Below, piece after piece: positions 7,872 through 18,127 of a stretch of 34,250 bases of DNA. The notes below the pieces were generated by a model. The model worked only from the letters and a program-made list of their open reading frames with translations, ran no database searches and had not been told where the DNA came from. The stretch lies in IMG/VR virus record IMGVR_UViG_3300008004_000605; one strand, written 5' to 3'. This DNA is from a virus. A program made the position numbers and the translations under genes. How positions within the stretch are numbered: position 1 is the first letter of the stretch; each line of letters opens with the position of its first letter.

Positions 7872-10800
7872 ATGCAAATAACAAAAAGAGATGGTAGCAA
7901 ACAAGAGTTAGATTTAAATAAGATTCATGCTGTTTTAACATGGGCTTGTGAAGGAAGAAATGATGATGCGTTACACCCAATAAAAGGGGTATCAATTTCT
8001 CAAATAGAAATGAATGCACAATTACATTTTTATGATGGTATGCCAACTAAACAAATTCATGAAACACTAATTAAGGCTGCTTCAGAATTGATTTCAGAAG
8101 ACTTTCCAAATTATGATCAGGTTGCTGCACGTTTAGTATGGTTTTCTGTAAGAAAAGAAGCATTTAGAAATAATTTGCCTCCACATTTGTCAAAAATAAT
8201 TCATACAAATGTTGAAAATGGAGTATATGCAAAAGATATTTTAACAATATATTCAGAAGAAGAATTAGATGAAATAAATGCAATGATAGACCATCGTCGT
8301 GATGACTTATTTAAATATGCTGGTGCAGAACAAATGAGAAAGAAATATTTAGTTCAAAATCGTAAAACAAAAAAAGTTTTTGAATCATTTCAATTGCCAT
8401 ACATTATGGTTGCTGCGATATTATTTAGCAGTTATCCAAAAAACACAAGATTAAAATATGTTAAAAAATATTATGATTTAATATCTCAACATTATATTTC
8501 TTTGCCAACACCAATTATGGCAGGATTAAGAACAAGTGTGAAACAGTTTAGCTCTTGCACTCTAATTGAATCTGGAGATTCATTAAAATCAATAAATGCG
8601 GCCGCGGCAGCAATTGTAGATTATGCATCAAGAAAAGCAGGAATTGGTTTAAATATAGGTCAAATTCGTGCTGAAGGCCAAAAGGTTCGTGGTGGAGATG
8701 CAGTTACAACTGGAGTTGTGCCTTTTGCAAAATATTTTAATGGAGCATTAAAATCATGTTCTCAAGGCGCAGTGCGTGGAGCTTCAGCAACATTCAATTA
8801 TCCTATATGGCATCTAGAGTTTGAAAGATTAATTGAGTTGAAAAATAATAAAGGAACAGAAGAAACTCGTTTAAGAACTGTTGATTATTGTATTCACTTA
8901 AATCGTTTGTTTTATGAGCTTTTAGTTAAAAAAGGTGAGATTACTTTTTTTAGTCCAGAAGAAGTTCCTGAATTATATAAGGCATTTTATTCTAGTAATT
9001 ATAAAGAGTTTGAAAAACTTTATAAACAATATGAAAAGGATCCAAAAATAACTAAAAAAAAATTACCTGCTGTTGAGGTTTTTCAAAAGATTTTACAAGA
9101 GCGTTTTGAAACTGGTCGTATTTACATTATGAATGCTGACCATGTGAATACACATAGTTCATTTTATGAGTCAATTAAAATGACAAACCTTTGTTTAACA
9201 GGTGATACAAGGATTGTTACAAATAAAGGAATAAGAACATTAACTGATCTATATTCTTCACAAGAAGAATTTAATGTTTCTTCAGATGTTCGTGCTATTG
9301 AAAATCAAGAAATTATATTAAAATATGGAAATAGAAGTGAACAGAGATATTCAAATAAGATTGCTCAATTTGGTACAGATAATTTTAGAAGTTCTAAAGT
9401 TTTCATGACTAACCCCAATGCTGCTGTTTTTGAGGTTAAAACTGCTAGTGGATATTCGATAAAAGGAACTTCAGATCACAAGGTAATGACAGGTGATGGT
9501 TGGAAAACTATTGGTGAGTTATCTCCTGATGATAGTTTATACATTCAATCTGGTGAAGGTTTATTTGCTGAAAAATATGTGTTTGAAAAATTTGAATATG
9601 TTTCTTCAAATAATAAATGGAATAAGTATTATGCAGTAAACAAATTTAATGTTCCTACTGAGTCTGATGAAGAATTGGGTGAATTGATTGGTTGGCTGGT
9701 TGGTGATGGATTTATAGATACAACAAAAGACCATACTTATTTTGTTTTTGGAAATAAAGATTATGATCTAATTCCTAAAGTTAAATCTTATATTAATAAG
9801 ATTTTACCAACAGCGACGATTTCATTTAATGAATTTGAAAACTCTAAACAAATGTATGTTCAAGATAGACGTTTAGGATTGTGGTTGAAAAGTATTGGTG
9901 TTAGCAACAAGAAATCACATGAGAAAATTGTTCCTGGATTCATTTGGAAATCTGATAAAAAAACTGTTGCAGGATTTTTGCGTGGACTATTTTCTGCTGA
10001 TGGAACAGTATTAGCTTCTAATAAGGATAATTTTTCTTTAGCACTAAATAGTACAAGTAAAAAAATGTTAGATGAAGTTACTATACTATTAAGTAATTTT
10101 GGAATTAGAACATCTATTTACTTAAGAAAAGAAGAAGGTTTTGAATTATTACCAAATTCCAAAAGAGTGAAAGAACTTTATCCTACAAAAGAAATGTTTG
10201 GATTACATATTGGTAAAAATAATAGAGATATTTTTAAAAATGAAATTGGATTTAATTTATTGTATAAAAATGAAAAAGTAACTAATTTATCTTTAATGAG
10301 AAATGAAAAAACAAGAAGTGGGTTTTATCCAGAAAGATATCAGGATAGAATTATTTCTGTAAACTTTATAGAGTTTGCTCCAGTATATGATATTACTGTT
10401 GAAGAAAGTCATTCATTTATTGCTAATGGTTTAGTTGTTCATAATTGCACAGAGATTACATTACCAACAGCACCAGTAACATATGCTGGAGATACTCAAT
10501 ATGCTGAAGAAGATGGATTGATAGCACTTTGTACATTATCTGCTATTAATTGGGGGAAATTTATACCATTTGGTGATTTAGATGAAGAAAGTTCTATACC
10601 ACAAAGACAAGAAGTTAGGCTTAAAGATGCTTGTGATATGGCTGTTAGAGGGTTGGATGCACTTCTTGATTATCAAGAATATCCTGTGGAAGCAGCACGT
10701 CGTCATAGTATGAGATATCGTCCATTAGGAATTGGTATTATTGGATTTGGGCATTGGCTAGCTAAAGGTAAATTATATTGGGGAGAAGATAATACATTGG

Positions 10801-11411
10801 TTGAAGTTGAAACTATGATGGAAAAAATGGCTTATTATTTAACTGAGTCATCAATTAATTTAGCTGAAGAATTTGGTGGATTAACAACAAAAACAAAATA
10901 TCATGATGGAATTTTTCCTATTGATACTTCTATGTTTAAAGCGAAAACAAAAATGGATTGGAATTTGCTAAAAGCAAAAGCGAAAAAATTTGGTATTCGT
11001 AATGCAACATTAATGGCTTTAATGCCATCAGAAACATCTTCACAATTGTCTAACGAAACTAATGGTATAGAGCCACCAAGAGATATGGTATCAATTAAAG
11101 GTTCAAAAGAAGGTGTGTTGCCACAAATTGTTCCTGAATATACTAAGTTGGCAGCATTTTATCAAACTCTTTGGCAAGTTGAATCTAGAGATTATTTAAA
11201 AACAATTGCTATACTACAAAAATATATTGACCAAGCAATTAGTGTAAATACATCTTATGACCCAGGTAAGGGGGAAATTAAAATGAGTAAGTTAATTGAA
11301 GATTTATTGTTTGCTTATAAGCTTGGTCATAAAACATTATATTATTCTAATACTCGTGATGGAAGTGGTGAAAGTGATGATAGTTGTGATACTGGAGCCT
11401 GTAAAATATAA
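7872..11411 (+). CDS. nrdA: Class Ia ribonucleotide reductase alpha subunit, intein-containing
   Basis: N-terminal ATP cone (ITKRDG...KI), PTPIMAG, QFSSCTLI, QGAVRGAS, NL/CTEI, LCTLSAIN, MPSETSSQLSN, KTLYY, C-terminal C-x4-C. Extein is 761 aa after removing the intein. Confidence 0.97.
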   Translation: MQITKRDGSKQELDLNKIHAVLTWACEGRNDDALHPIKGVSISQIEMNAQLHFYDGMPTKQIHETLIKAASELISEDFPNYDQVAARLVWFSVRKEAFRNNLPPHLSKIIHTNVENGVYAKDILTIYSEEELDEINAMIDHRRDDLFKYAGAEQMRKKYLVQNRKTKKVFESFQLPYIMVAAILFSSYPKNTRLKYVKKYYDLISQHYISLPTPIMAGLRTSVKQFSSCTLIESGDSLKSINAAAAAIVDYASRKAGIGLNIGQIRAEGQKVRGGDAVTTGVVPFAKYFNGALKSCSQGAVRGASATFNYPIWHLEFERLIELKNNKGTEETRLRTVDYCIHLNRLFYELLVKKGEITFFSPEEVPELYKAFYSSNYKEFEKLYKQYEKDPKITKKKLPAVEVFQKILQERFETGRIYIMNADHVNTHSSFYESIKMTNLCLTGDTRIVTNKGIRTLTDLYSSQEEFNVSSDVRAIENQEIILKYGNRSEQRYSNKIAQFGTDNFRSSKVFMTNPNAAVFEVKTASGYSIKGTSDHKVMTGDGWKTIGELSPDDSLYIQSGEGLFAEKYVFEKFEYVSSNNKWNKYYAVNKFNVPTESDEELGELIGWLVGDGFIDTTKDHTYFVFGNKDYDLIPKVKSYINKILPTATISFNEFENSKQMYVQDRRLGLWLKSIGVSNKKSHEKIVPGFIWKSDKKTVAGFLRGLFSADGTVLASNKDNFSLALNSTSKKMLDEVTILLSNFGIRTSIYLRKEEGFELLPNSKRVKELYPTKEMFGLHIGKNNRDIFKNEIGFNLLYKNEKVTNLSLMRNEKTRSGFYPERYQDRIISVNFIEFAPVYDITVEESHSFIANGLVVHNCTEITLPTAPVTYAGDTQYAEEDGLIALCTLSAINWGKFIPFGDLDEESSIPQRQEVRLKDACDMAVRGLDALLDYQEYPVEAARRHSMRYRPLGIGIIGFGHWLAKGKLYWGEDNTLVEVETMMEKMAYYLTESSINLAEEFGGLTTKTKYHDGIFPIDTSMFKAKTKMDWNLLKAKAKKFGIRNATLMALMPSETSSQLSNETNGIEPPRDMVSIKGSKEGVLPQIVPEYTKLAAFYQTLWQVESRDYLKTIAILQKYIDQAISVNTSYDPGKGEIKMSKLIEDLLFAYKLGHKTLYYSNTRDGSGESDDSCDTGACKI
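9192..10445 (+). mobile_element. Intein with LAGLIDADG homing endonuclease (418 aa) in NrdA
   Basis: Starts CLTGDT, block B TSDHKV, LAGLIDADG motifs LIGWLVGDG and FLRGLFSADG, ends VYDITVEESHSFIANGLVVHN followed by Cys. Confidence 0.95.
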
Positions 11412-11415
11412 AAAT

Positions 11416-11448
11416 AAGAAAAGCCTTGTGAAAATCAAGGCTTTTCTT
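11416..11448 (+). terminator. Rho-independent terminator after nrdA
   Basis: Perfect 13-bp inverted repeat AAGAAAAGCCTTG / CAAGGCTTTTCTT with a 7-nt loop. Confidence 0.85.
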
Positions 11449-11498
11449 TAACTATTATGAATGGTTTGTTTTTAGATAAATAATGTCATAATTAAATT

Positions 11499-12001
11499 AT
11501 GAAAAGTATAAATTTAGAATTAGAAAATATAGCCAAACATTGTGATTTGAAAGAATGGATGTTAAAGTATCAATCTTTTCCTAAATCACATGATGGTAAA
11601 AAACAAAGTTATTTAAATAATAGCATTTATAAATGTTTTTCTAATAGTTTATAATTTAAGAATAAAAAACCATTGCTAGATTTTTTATTAAGTTAAGGTG
11701 GTTCATTTACAAATGAAACATTAAGTAAAATGTCTGTTCAAGGAGAAAGAGAAACAATAAGAAACTATATTCATACTTTTATCTGGGAAGATTTTTTTTA
11801 ATCCATCAAAAATTACATTAAATAGTAAAAAGAATTGTTTTGAAGAATGTATTCAATTAGGCTTTAATTATTTTAAAGAAGAAATGTTAATTATACCAAT
11901 AACTGAAATTGCTGAAGATTTACATCCATTTTTTAATAAAATAAGTTTAACATTTAATCTTTCAGAACAATTAATTTTAAATGTTGAAAAATAAAATTTA
12001 A
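11499..12001 (+). pseudogene. Decayed ~165-codon ORF of the KI-tail family
   Basis: ATG 11499; in-frame TAA at 11652 and 11694; +1 shift in T8 run 11792-11799; further +1 shift near 11990; ends AAA ATT TAA at 11993-12001. Reconstruction is inferred. Confidence 0.6.
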
Positions 12002-12002
12002 T

Positions 12003-12336
12003 ATGAAATTACAAACAAAAGAAAAAATAGAAAAGTGGCTATATGAATATGGTATAGAAAAGTATATAATTAATGATAATTTAACTATTGATGTTAATGG
12101 TGATGTGGATTTATCTGATAAAGATTTAATTGAAATATTAGTTAACATTCAATAATGTTTCTGGTGATTTTTATTGTTCAAATAACGAATTAACGAGTTT
12201 AAATGGGGCACATTAAAAAGTAGGTGGTTCTTTTAATTGTTATAATAATAGTTTACAAACACTATTTTATATCCCCAAGATTATTGGTAGAAAAAAACTA
12301 ATAGAGTTAAGATTTGAATTTTTGATTAAATTATAA
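12003..12336 (+). pseudogene. Decayed LRR-like repeat protein (VxGDFYCSNNxLTSL type)
   Basis: MKLQTKEKIEKWL..YGIEKYIINDNLTIDVNGDVDLSDK, +1 shift near 12147, then FNNVSGDFYCSNNELTSLNGAH*KVGGSFNCYNNSLQTL with TAA at 12214. Confidence 0.75.
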
Positions 12337-12386
12337 TTATCTATTATACTTTAAGAGAGTATAAAAAAAACAAAACGTGGTTAAAT

Positions 12387-13340
12387 ATGGAAAAAGAAAA
12401 AATTTTAAAAATAGCAATTGATATTTTAACTACTAAATATAGTGATGAATATATTGAAGAGTTGTGTAACAGTGGATATAAAAAGTTTTTATTAGGCCTA
12501 TCAAAGTTAGATGAACGTCAAATAATAAAGGTGTTAAATATTCATCCTGAGTATGCAAATAAAAAGATAACTGGATGGCATTCCTTACATTATGCCTGTT
12601 TACTTAATAATCCACATATATTGGATAATTTTATGAGGAAAGCTATAGCTGATGGAATGAAGACATTACCAACAACTGAAGTAATTAAAAAAGAAATAGA
12701 CAGTGGTTTAACTCTATTGAATTTTTGTGCATTCACAAATAACGAATACTCTTATGCAAAAGTTCTTACATTTCTAGGGAATATAGAAGAACAAAATTTT
12801 GAGGAATCATTAAGGTATGGATTACTTAATGGAAGTTATAAAACAGTTAAGTTAATTAATAAAATAATAGGTGAAGAAAAGTCTCAACAATTAATGTTGG
12901 AATTTTTCACTTCTAAACATATTACTCAAAATGGAAGATTAAGAGAAAATATAGATTATGCTTTAGTTGAAACATTTAAGCATAATCCATCAAAATTTGA
13001 TGATTATGGTATAGATATAAGAACAACAATTGTTGGGAAACCAAATTACTTTACATCAACATTAAAATTATTTTTAAGGGATACATATACTATTGAAAAA
13101 CAAGGTATAAATACAATTAAAAATTACTTAAGGTATTTTACAAGTAAAGGGTTTGATTTTGATACAAAAGATAATGAGGGTGTTACTCCAAGAGTATATT
13201 TAAATAAATTTATAGATAAATTATTTGATCAGAGCTTAAGAGATCAATTAATTAATTTTTTACCAGAAGTAGAAAAGGTTGCATTAGATAATGTTCTTGA
13301 AAAATCTACCTTAATAGAACCAAAGAAAATAAAGATTTAA
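12387..13340 (+). CDS. Degenerate ankyrin-like protein with KI tail
   Basis: GWHSLHYACLLNNPHIL, GLTLLNFCAFTNN, DFDTKDNEGVTP; ends LDNVLEKSTLIEPKKIKI. Confidence 0.65.
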   Translation: MEKEKILKIAIDILTTKYSDEYIEELCNSGYKKFLLGLSKLDERQIIKVLNIHPEYANKKITGWHSLHYACLLNNPHILDNFMRKAIADGMKTLPTTEVIKKEIDSGLTLLNFCAFTNNEYSYAKVLTFLGNIEEQNFEESLRYGLLNGSYKTVKLINKIIGEEKSQQLMLEFFTSKHITQNGRLRENIDYALVETFKHNPSKFDDYGIDIRTTIVGKPNYFTSTLKLFLRDTYTIEKQGINTIKNYLRYFTSKGFDFDTKDNEGVTPRVYLNKFIDKLFDQSLRDQLINFLPEVEKVALDNVLEKSTLIEPKKIKI

Positions 13341-15094
13341 ATTTTCTTTACTTTTTGCTTTACTGTATTGTGAGTAAGGTTAGCATCTAATTCTAAAACA
13401 TTGAATTGTTTAACAATTTTGTCAGCTATTAAATCTTCTTTACCATATGTTTTAAAGATGCTAATAATTTCATTCCATTGATTATCAAAAAAATCAGAGC
13501 CTAATTTAACATTATTTGTTAGACATGAATCTAGCAGTGAGTTAATTATAACAAATAGGTTAGACTGTTGTTTATATTCAGTAGTTAATATTTTATATTC
13601 ATGAGATGATTGATGTTCGCTTGTCCAAATTTTCGTCCAATTATCTTTAATTTTTGTTAATGTATTTTTTTTATCAAAGTCATTAAGGTTGTTAAAGTTT
13701 TTATTTATAATTTGGACTAAGACATTATGTTCAAGACTTGAATTAATGGGAAGTTGCAATGAGGTGATAATTAAAGCATCTAAAACATTAAGGGATTCAT
13801 TAAATGGTTTTTTAAAATCTATTTCTTTTTTATTTAGCCATCGTAATAAGTTAGAAAAACACTTTAGTGAAACATTTGCCTTACTGTCGTTAAGTTTAAG
13901 AAAATCCCACTCTCCATTTTGTGATTTAACCCAATCATCTTTTGAATTATCTAAGTTCTCAGGTTTTATTGGGAAATAACACTTTATATTCATTTCAGAA
14001 TTAACATATTGACGATTATTTGTTTTTAAAACAGCAGATAACATATCTGAATAATCCTCTATTTTGTCTTTACTTTTTAACCAATTCTTTAAAAATGCTT
14101 GTTTGTTTGTTATTAAATCTGGTTTATTAGGAACAGAAATTAAAACTTTATTGAAATCAACTTCAATTTTTTGATTTTTATTCAGTTGATTTAATGTCCT
14201 AATTTTACCTTCTTTAAGTAACTTGTTTTGTAAAGTCATTTTATTGGTTTCTTTATCAAAGAAATCTACACAATTAAGATTTACATATTTAAGTTCAAGT
14301 GTTTTTATAAGTGAAGATAAGTATTGTTCTTTAGGAATAGAACATGTTGAAAACAATATTTTACTTTGAAAATCAATATTAGTTGTTTTGTCTGTTGAAA
14401 TATTTTTCCAAATATTTTTCCCATCAGTAAGAATTTCTTTTATATCAAAAAAAGAAACAAATTTTCCATTTCTTGCCTGCTTAAACAATTTATTCATTTG
14501 AAAAACATTAGACAACCATAAGGTTTCAGAATTATCTTCCTTAGTAACTACTGTCCATGGAGTTAGGCCAAATAAAGAATCAATTTTTTTCATTTCATCA
14601 ATATGATGACAAGAAAGTAGAAATTGATTTAGATTTTGTTTATTTGTATCTAATTTATAAGTGTTCCAAATTATCTTTATTTCTTCATCTTTTAATAATC
14701 CAAGACTAAACGCTTGATAAGCAATTTTCTTCATTTTTAAAGAATCAATATTTATATCGTTAAAAAAATAATCATGGAAAGATTTTTCAGTAAAACCTTT
14801 AAGTGATAAAAATTTTAACTTAATTAATGGTTTTTTTTCATTACGAGAAATATTTGTATAAAGATTAAACTCTAATAGTTTTTCCCAGGTTAATCCTTGC
14901 TCAAATAATATATAAAAAGATTGTGCAATAACTTTTTCAACATTATCATTTGTTTTAAATTCAATATATAAAGAAACTAAATCTGCAACAACATCCTCAA
15001 TTGATTCTTCTTTTTTATTTATGGACAAAAAAATTGTATCAGTTGTGATTTTATTTTTCTGTAAAATTAGTTCTTTAATATTTTGATATAACAT
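13337..15094 (-). CDS. Hypothetical 585-aa protein with KI tail
   Basis: Long open frame, ATG preceded by AGGAAAG; ends LDANLTHNTVKQKVKKI; no recognisable domain. Confidence 0.8.
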   Translation of the reverse strand: MLYQNIKELILQKNKITTDTIFLSINKKEESIEDVVADLVSLYIEFKTNDNVEKVIAQSFYILFEQGLTWEKLLEFNLYTNISRNEKKPLIKLKFLSLKGFTEKSFHDYFFNDINIDSLKMKKIAYQAFSLGLLKDEEIKIIWNTYKLDTNKQNLNQFLLSCHHIDEMKKIDSLFGLTPWTVVTKEDNSETLWLSNVFQMNKLFKQARNGKFVSFFDIKEILTDGKNIWKNISTDKTTNIDFQSKILFSTCSIPKEQYLSSLIKTLELKYVNLNCVDFFDKETNKMTLQNKLLKEGKIRTLNQLNKNQKIEVDFNKVLISVPNKPDLITNKQAFLKNWLKSKDKIEDYSDMLSAVLKTNNRQYVNSEMNIKCYFPIKPENLDNSKDDWVKSQNGEWDFLKLNDSKANVSLKCFSNLLRWLNKKEIDFKKPFNESLNVLDALIITSLQLPINSSLEHNVLVQIINKNFNNLNDFDKKNTLTKIKDNWTKIWTSEHQSSHEYKILTTEYKQQSNLFVIINSLLDSCLTNNVKLGSDFFDNQWNEIISIFKTYGKEDLIADKIVKQFNVLELDANLTHNTVKQKVKKI

Positions 15095-15192
15095 AAACTT
15101 TCCTATATAATATAATTATAATAAAACATCTTCTATATGTCTATTTGATTTAGACCGTTGAAGAGTAGTAAAATTTTTAATAAGGAATAATT

Positions 15193-16353
15193 ATGAATAT
15201 AAATGAAATAACAAAAGAAGATATTAATGAAAGAGAAAGAAGAGAAAAACAACAAGCATTAGAAGTTGTCTCTCAAAAAAATTGCATACTAAGAGTTGTG
15301 GCCGGTTCTAATGCATATGGAACTAATAATCCTGAGAGTGATTGGGATGAGCGTGGTATTTTTGTTGATGAAATGTCTAGAGTGATGTTACCTTTTGAAA
15401 AAATAGAACAAGTGCAATTAACTAGAGATGATGTCGTATTATATGAATTATCTAAATATATGCCACTATTACTATTGCAAAATCCAAATGTTATTGAATT
15501 AATTTGGACAGAAAAATCAGATATTATTGAAAAAAATGAACTTGGTGATTTATTGTTGGAAAATAGGTATGAGTTTTTATCTAAACAAGTTAAAGATAGT
15601 TATGTTGGTTATGCTCAATCACAATTAAAAAGAATCAAGGGACATAATAAATGGATTAATAATCCACAGCCTGAAAATGAACCTAAACAAAAAGATTTTA
15701 TATCTGTTGTTTGGAATTATACAAATGTTAAAGAGTTTAATAAGAAGGCTCCGTTAGATGGTTTTATTGCTGTTAATATAGGTGAAAATAATTTTTCTTT
15801 ATGGTCTATTGAAAAATTAAAAATAGATAAAAAATCATGGATAGATTCAGCAGGTAATCCTGTAGCTATTTCAAAGCAAGAATTAGATTCATTTAATCCA
15901 AATAATTTACCACCTGATGTAATTGTTAAGGTGAATAGGGATATTTACAGTGCTAATCACACAAACTGGAAAAGTTACTGGACATGGAAAAATAATAGAA
16001 ATGAAAAAAGGTCTGTATTAGAGGAAAAGTTTGGTTATGATGTAAAACATGCAATGCATTTAATCCGATTATTAAGAAGTGGTTTAGATATTTTAGAAAA
16101 TGGTATTGTTCCTGTAAAAAGACCAGATAAAGATTATCTTTTAGATATACGAAATGGTAAATTCACATATGATGAAATTATTAAGGAAAGCGAAATGTTA
16201 ACTAAAAAGGTAGAGGAAGTTAGTAAAAAAAGCTCTTTACCAAATGAGCCAAACTATCCACTAGCAAAAGCCTTAATGTTAGAAATATATATGAAGCAAT
16301 GGAATTTATCACCAAAAGAAATTGCAACAAAAGTTGTAGGATTAAAAATGTAA
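15193..16353 (+). CDS. DNA polymerase beta superfamily nucleotidyltransferase (RlaP / T4 NrdC.11-like)
   Basis: AGSNAYG...SDWDERGIF signature; QNPNVIELIW; GYAQSQLKRI; RSVLEEKFGYDVKHAMHLIRLL; AAGGA RBS. Confidence 0.88.
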   Translation: MNINEITKEDINERERREKQQALEVVSQKNCILRVVAGSNAYGTNNPESDWDERGIFVDEMSRVMLPFEKIEQVQLTRDDVVLYELSKYMPLLLLQNPNVIELIWTEKSDIIEKNELGDLLLENRYEFLSKQVKDSYVGYAQSQLKRIKGHNKWINNPQPENEPKQKDFISVVWNYTNVKEFNKKAPLDGFIAVNIGENNFSLWSIEKLKIDKKSWIDSAGNPVAISKQELDSFNPNNLPPDVIVKVNRDIYSANHTNWKSYWTWKNNRNEKRSVLEEKFGYDVKHAMHLIRLLRSGLDILENGIVPVKRPDKDYLLDIRNGKFTYDEIIKESEMLTKKVEEVSKKSSLPNEPNYPLAKALMLEIYMKQWNLSPKEIATKVVGLKM

Positions 16354-16383
16354 AGGTTGTTTATTTTAAACTTTAGTGCTTAT

Positions 16384-16416
16384 AAAGGCCATATCTATTT
16401 ATTTAAATATGGCTTT
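16384..16416. terminator. Stem-loop between convergent genes
   Basis: AAGGCCATAT / ATATGGCTTT 10-bp stem with one G-U pair, A/T-rich on both sides. Confidence 0.5.
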
Positions 16417-16506
16417 ATCTATTTATGTTATTAAAAAAGTTTTTAATAAAAACTAGAAATTAATTTCTTATTATAAAATTTTAACTTATTTTATAATAAG
16501 AGTAGA

Positions 16507-18060
16507 TTAATCTTCATCATCAGCAGTAATTTCTAATAAGTTTTGTGTTTTTAGAAAAATAAAGTAAGCTATTAAGGAAGTTTTAAAATGAGAAACTTGT
16601 TCTTCAATCATATCAAGTTCTGTAAGCCACTCTTTATAGTGTTCAAGATAGTTATCGTTTTTTTCTTTAATTTTATTATATTTATTTTCTGAAATAAAAG
16701 AAACTTCACTAGTGTTTAGAGAAAAGCTATCAATTCCAATTTTTCCTTGTTTAGCTGCCCACTTACCAAAACCTGATATGTAGCTAGTCATATATATTTG
16801 GTCTAAAATTGTTGTTTGTGGATCAATCAATTTAATTAAATTATAAAATAAATTAGAAACAAAAATTTCAACATCTTTAAGATTTTTATCATGTTGAGTT
16901 TTAAATGCCATTAATACTGGTGAAAATGTATCAGATTTTATTTCCTTTTCATTAATAACCTTGGCTATGTCATAAATAAAATTTTTAAATTGATTAAGTG
17001 TGTCTTTAACTTTAACATTCCAATCAAAATTATTAATTTCTTTAATGGCATCATCAATATAGTTTGTAATTTCATTACCTATAATGATTTGTTTTACTTT
17101 AAAATCCTCTGATTGTCTCATGTATCCGACAGGACTAGATACCATTCTTGTTGTTCCAATATAGCCATCAATTTCTTTGTGGAAATGTCCATGAATCCAA
17201 ATATCTGGAGCAAAATTATGTTCAAAGAATTGATATGCTGAATTAACATAAAATCCCATCATTAAAATATCTTTTTCAGCCGGTATTTTTTGTTTCAAAT
17301 ATTCTTTATAAACTGCTTTATTATTAATATAAGGTGATGTTAAAATATTCTCATTCATTCCTAATGTTTTCATCCAAAAGTCTGGAATAGGTAGATGATG
17401 TGAAACTACAATGGTTTTTCCATCAAATGGTTCAATTATTTTATTTTCTAAAAAATCAATACTAGTAGAATTTTCTTCAATTTGTAGATATGGATTAAAT
17501 GATTCTAATTCTATTAGGTTTGTAGCAACATCTGGTTCAACACCATTTTTAACCAAAAACTTAAACATCTCATCAACTTTTGTGCTATTTAAATAAAATT
17601 TTCTTGCTGTAATCTTCCTAAAATCAGCCATTGACATAAAATGTTTAACTACATAATTTTTCTTTATCCATGCCCAGTTTTGAGCCAATTCAGTCCAAAG
17701 TGTAGAACCTAAAAATCGGATACCATGTATAATTTTTTCTTCATTATGAAGAAAATGTATTTTTTCAAAACCTGGCTCTTTAGATTTAGCCTTTAAGTTA
17801 TCTATAACTTCATAATAGTCATGATTCCAAAACTCATGATTTCCACATATATAAATAGTGTCACATTGAAATTGGACAAGCCATTCCATTCCTTGAGTGT
17901 TTTCAGAAATATCACCAGCACAAATTAATATTGGTATATTTTTATCATTTTTACATTTTAAAATTTGCTCATGTAACTTATTAGCAAATGAGTTTTGCAT
18001 TTCTATTGGTCGGCCCTCTAAGTGAACGTCGTCAATTATAAATAAAATTGTTTGCCCCAT
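16507..18060 (-). CDS. Calcineurin-like metallophosphoesterase with ~190-aa C-terminal extension
   Basis: All five motifs: DDVHLE, AGDIS, GNHEFW, SHHLP, HGHFH. Promoter TTGACA...TAAAAT at about 18085-18114. Confidence 0.88.
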   Translation of the reverse strand: MGQTILFIIDDVHLEGRPIEMQNSFANKLHEQILKCKNDKNIPILICAGDISENTQGMEWLVQFQCDTIYICGNHEFWNHDYYEVIDNLKAKSKEPGFEKIHFLHNEEKIIHGIRFLGSTLWTELAQNWAWIKKNYVVKHFMSMADFRKITARKFYLNSTKVDEMFKFLVKNGVEPDVATNLIELESFNPYLQIEENSTSIDFLENKIIEPFDGKTIVVSHHLPIPDFWMKTLGMNENILTSPYINNKAVYKEYLKQKIPAEKDILMMGFYVNSAYQFFEHNFAPDIWIHGHFHKEIDGYIGTTRMVSSPVGYMRQSEDFKVKQIIIGNEITNYIDDAIKEINNFDWNVKVKDTLNQFKNFIYDIAKVINEKEIKSDTFSPVLMAFKTQHDKNLKDVEIFVSNLFYNLIKLIDPQTTILDQIYMTSYISGFGKWAAKQGKIGIDSFSLNTSEVSFISENKYNKIKEKNDNYLEHYKEWLTELDMIEEQVSHFKTSLIAYFIFLKTQNLLEITADDED

Positions 18061-18127
18061 ATCAGTCCTAGTTAATAGATATATATTTTATACAAAACTT
18101 TTTAATAATGTCAAAATGAAATTATTA

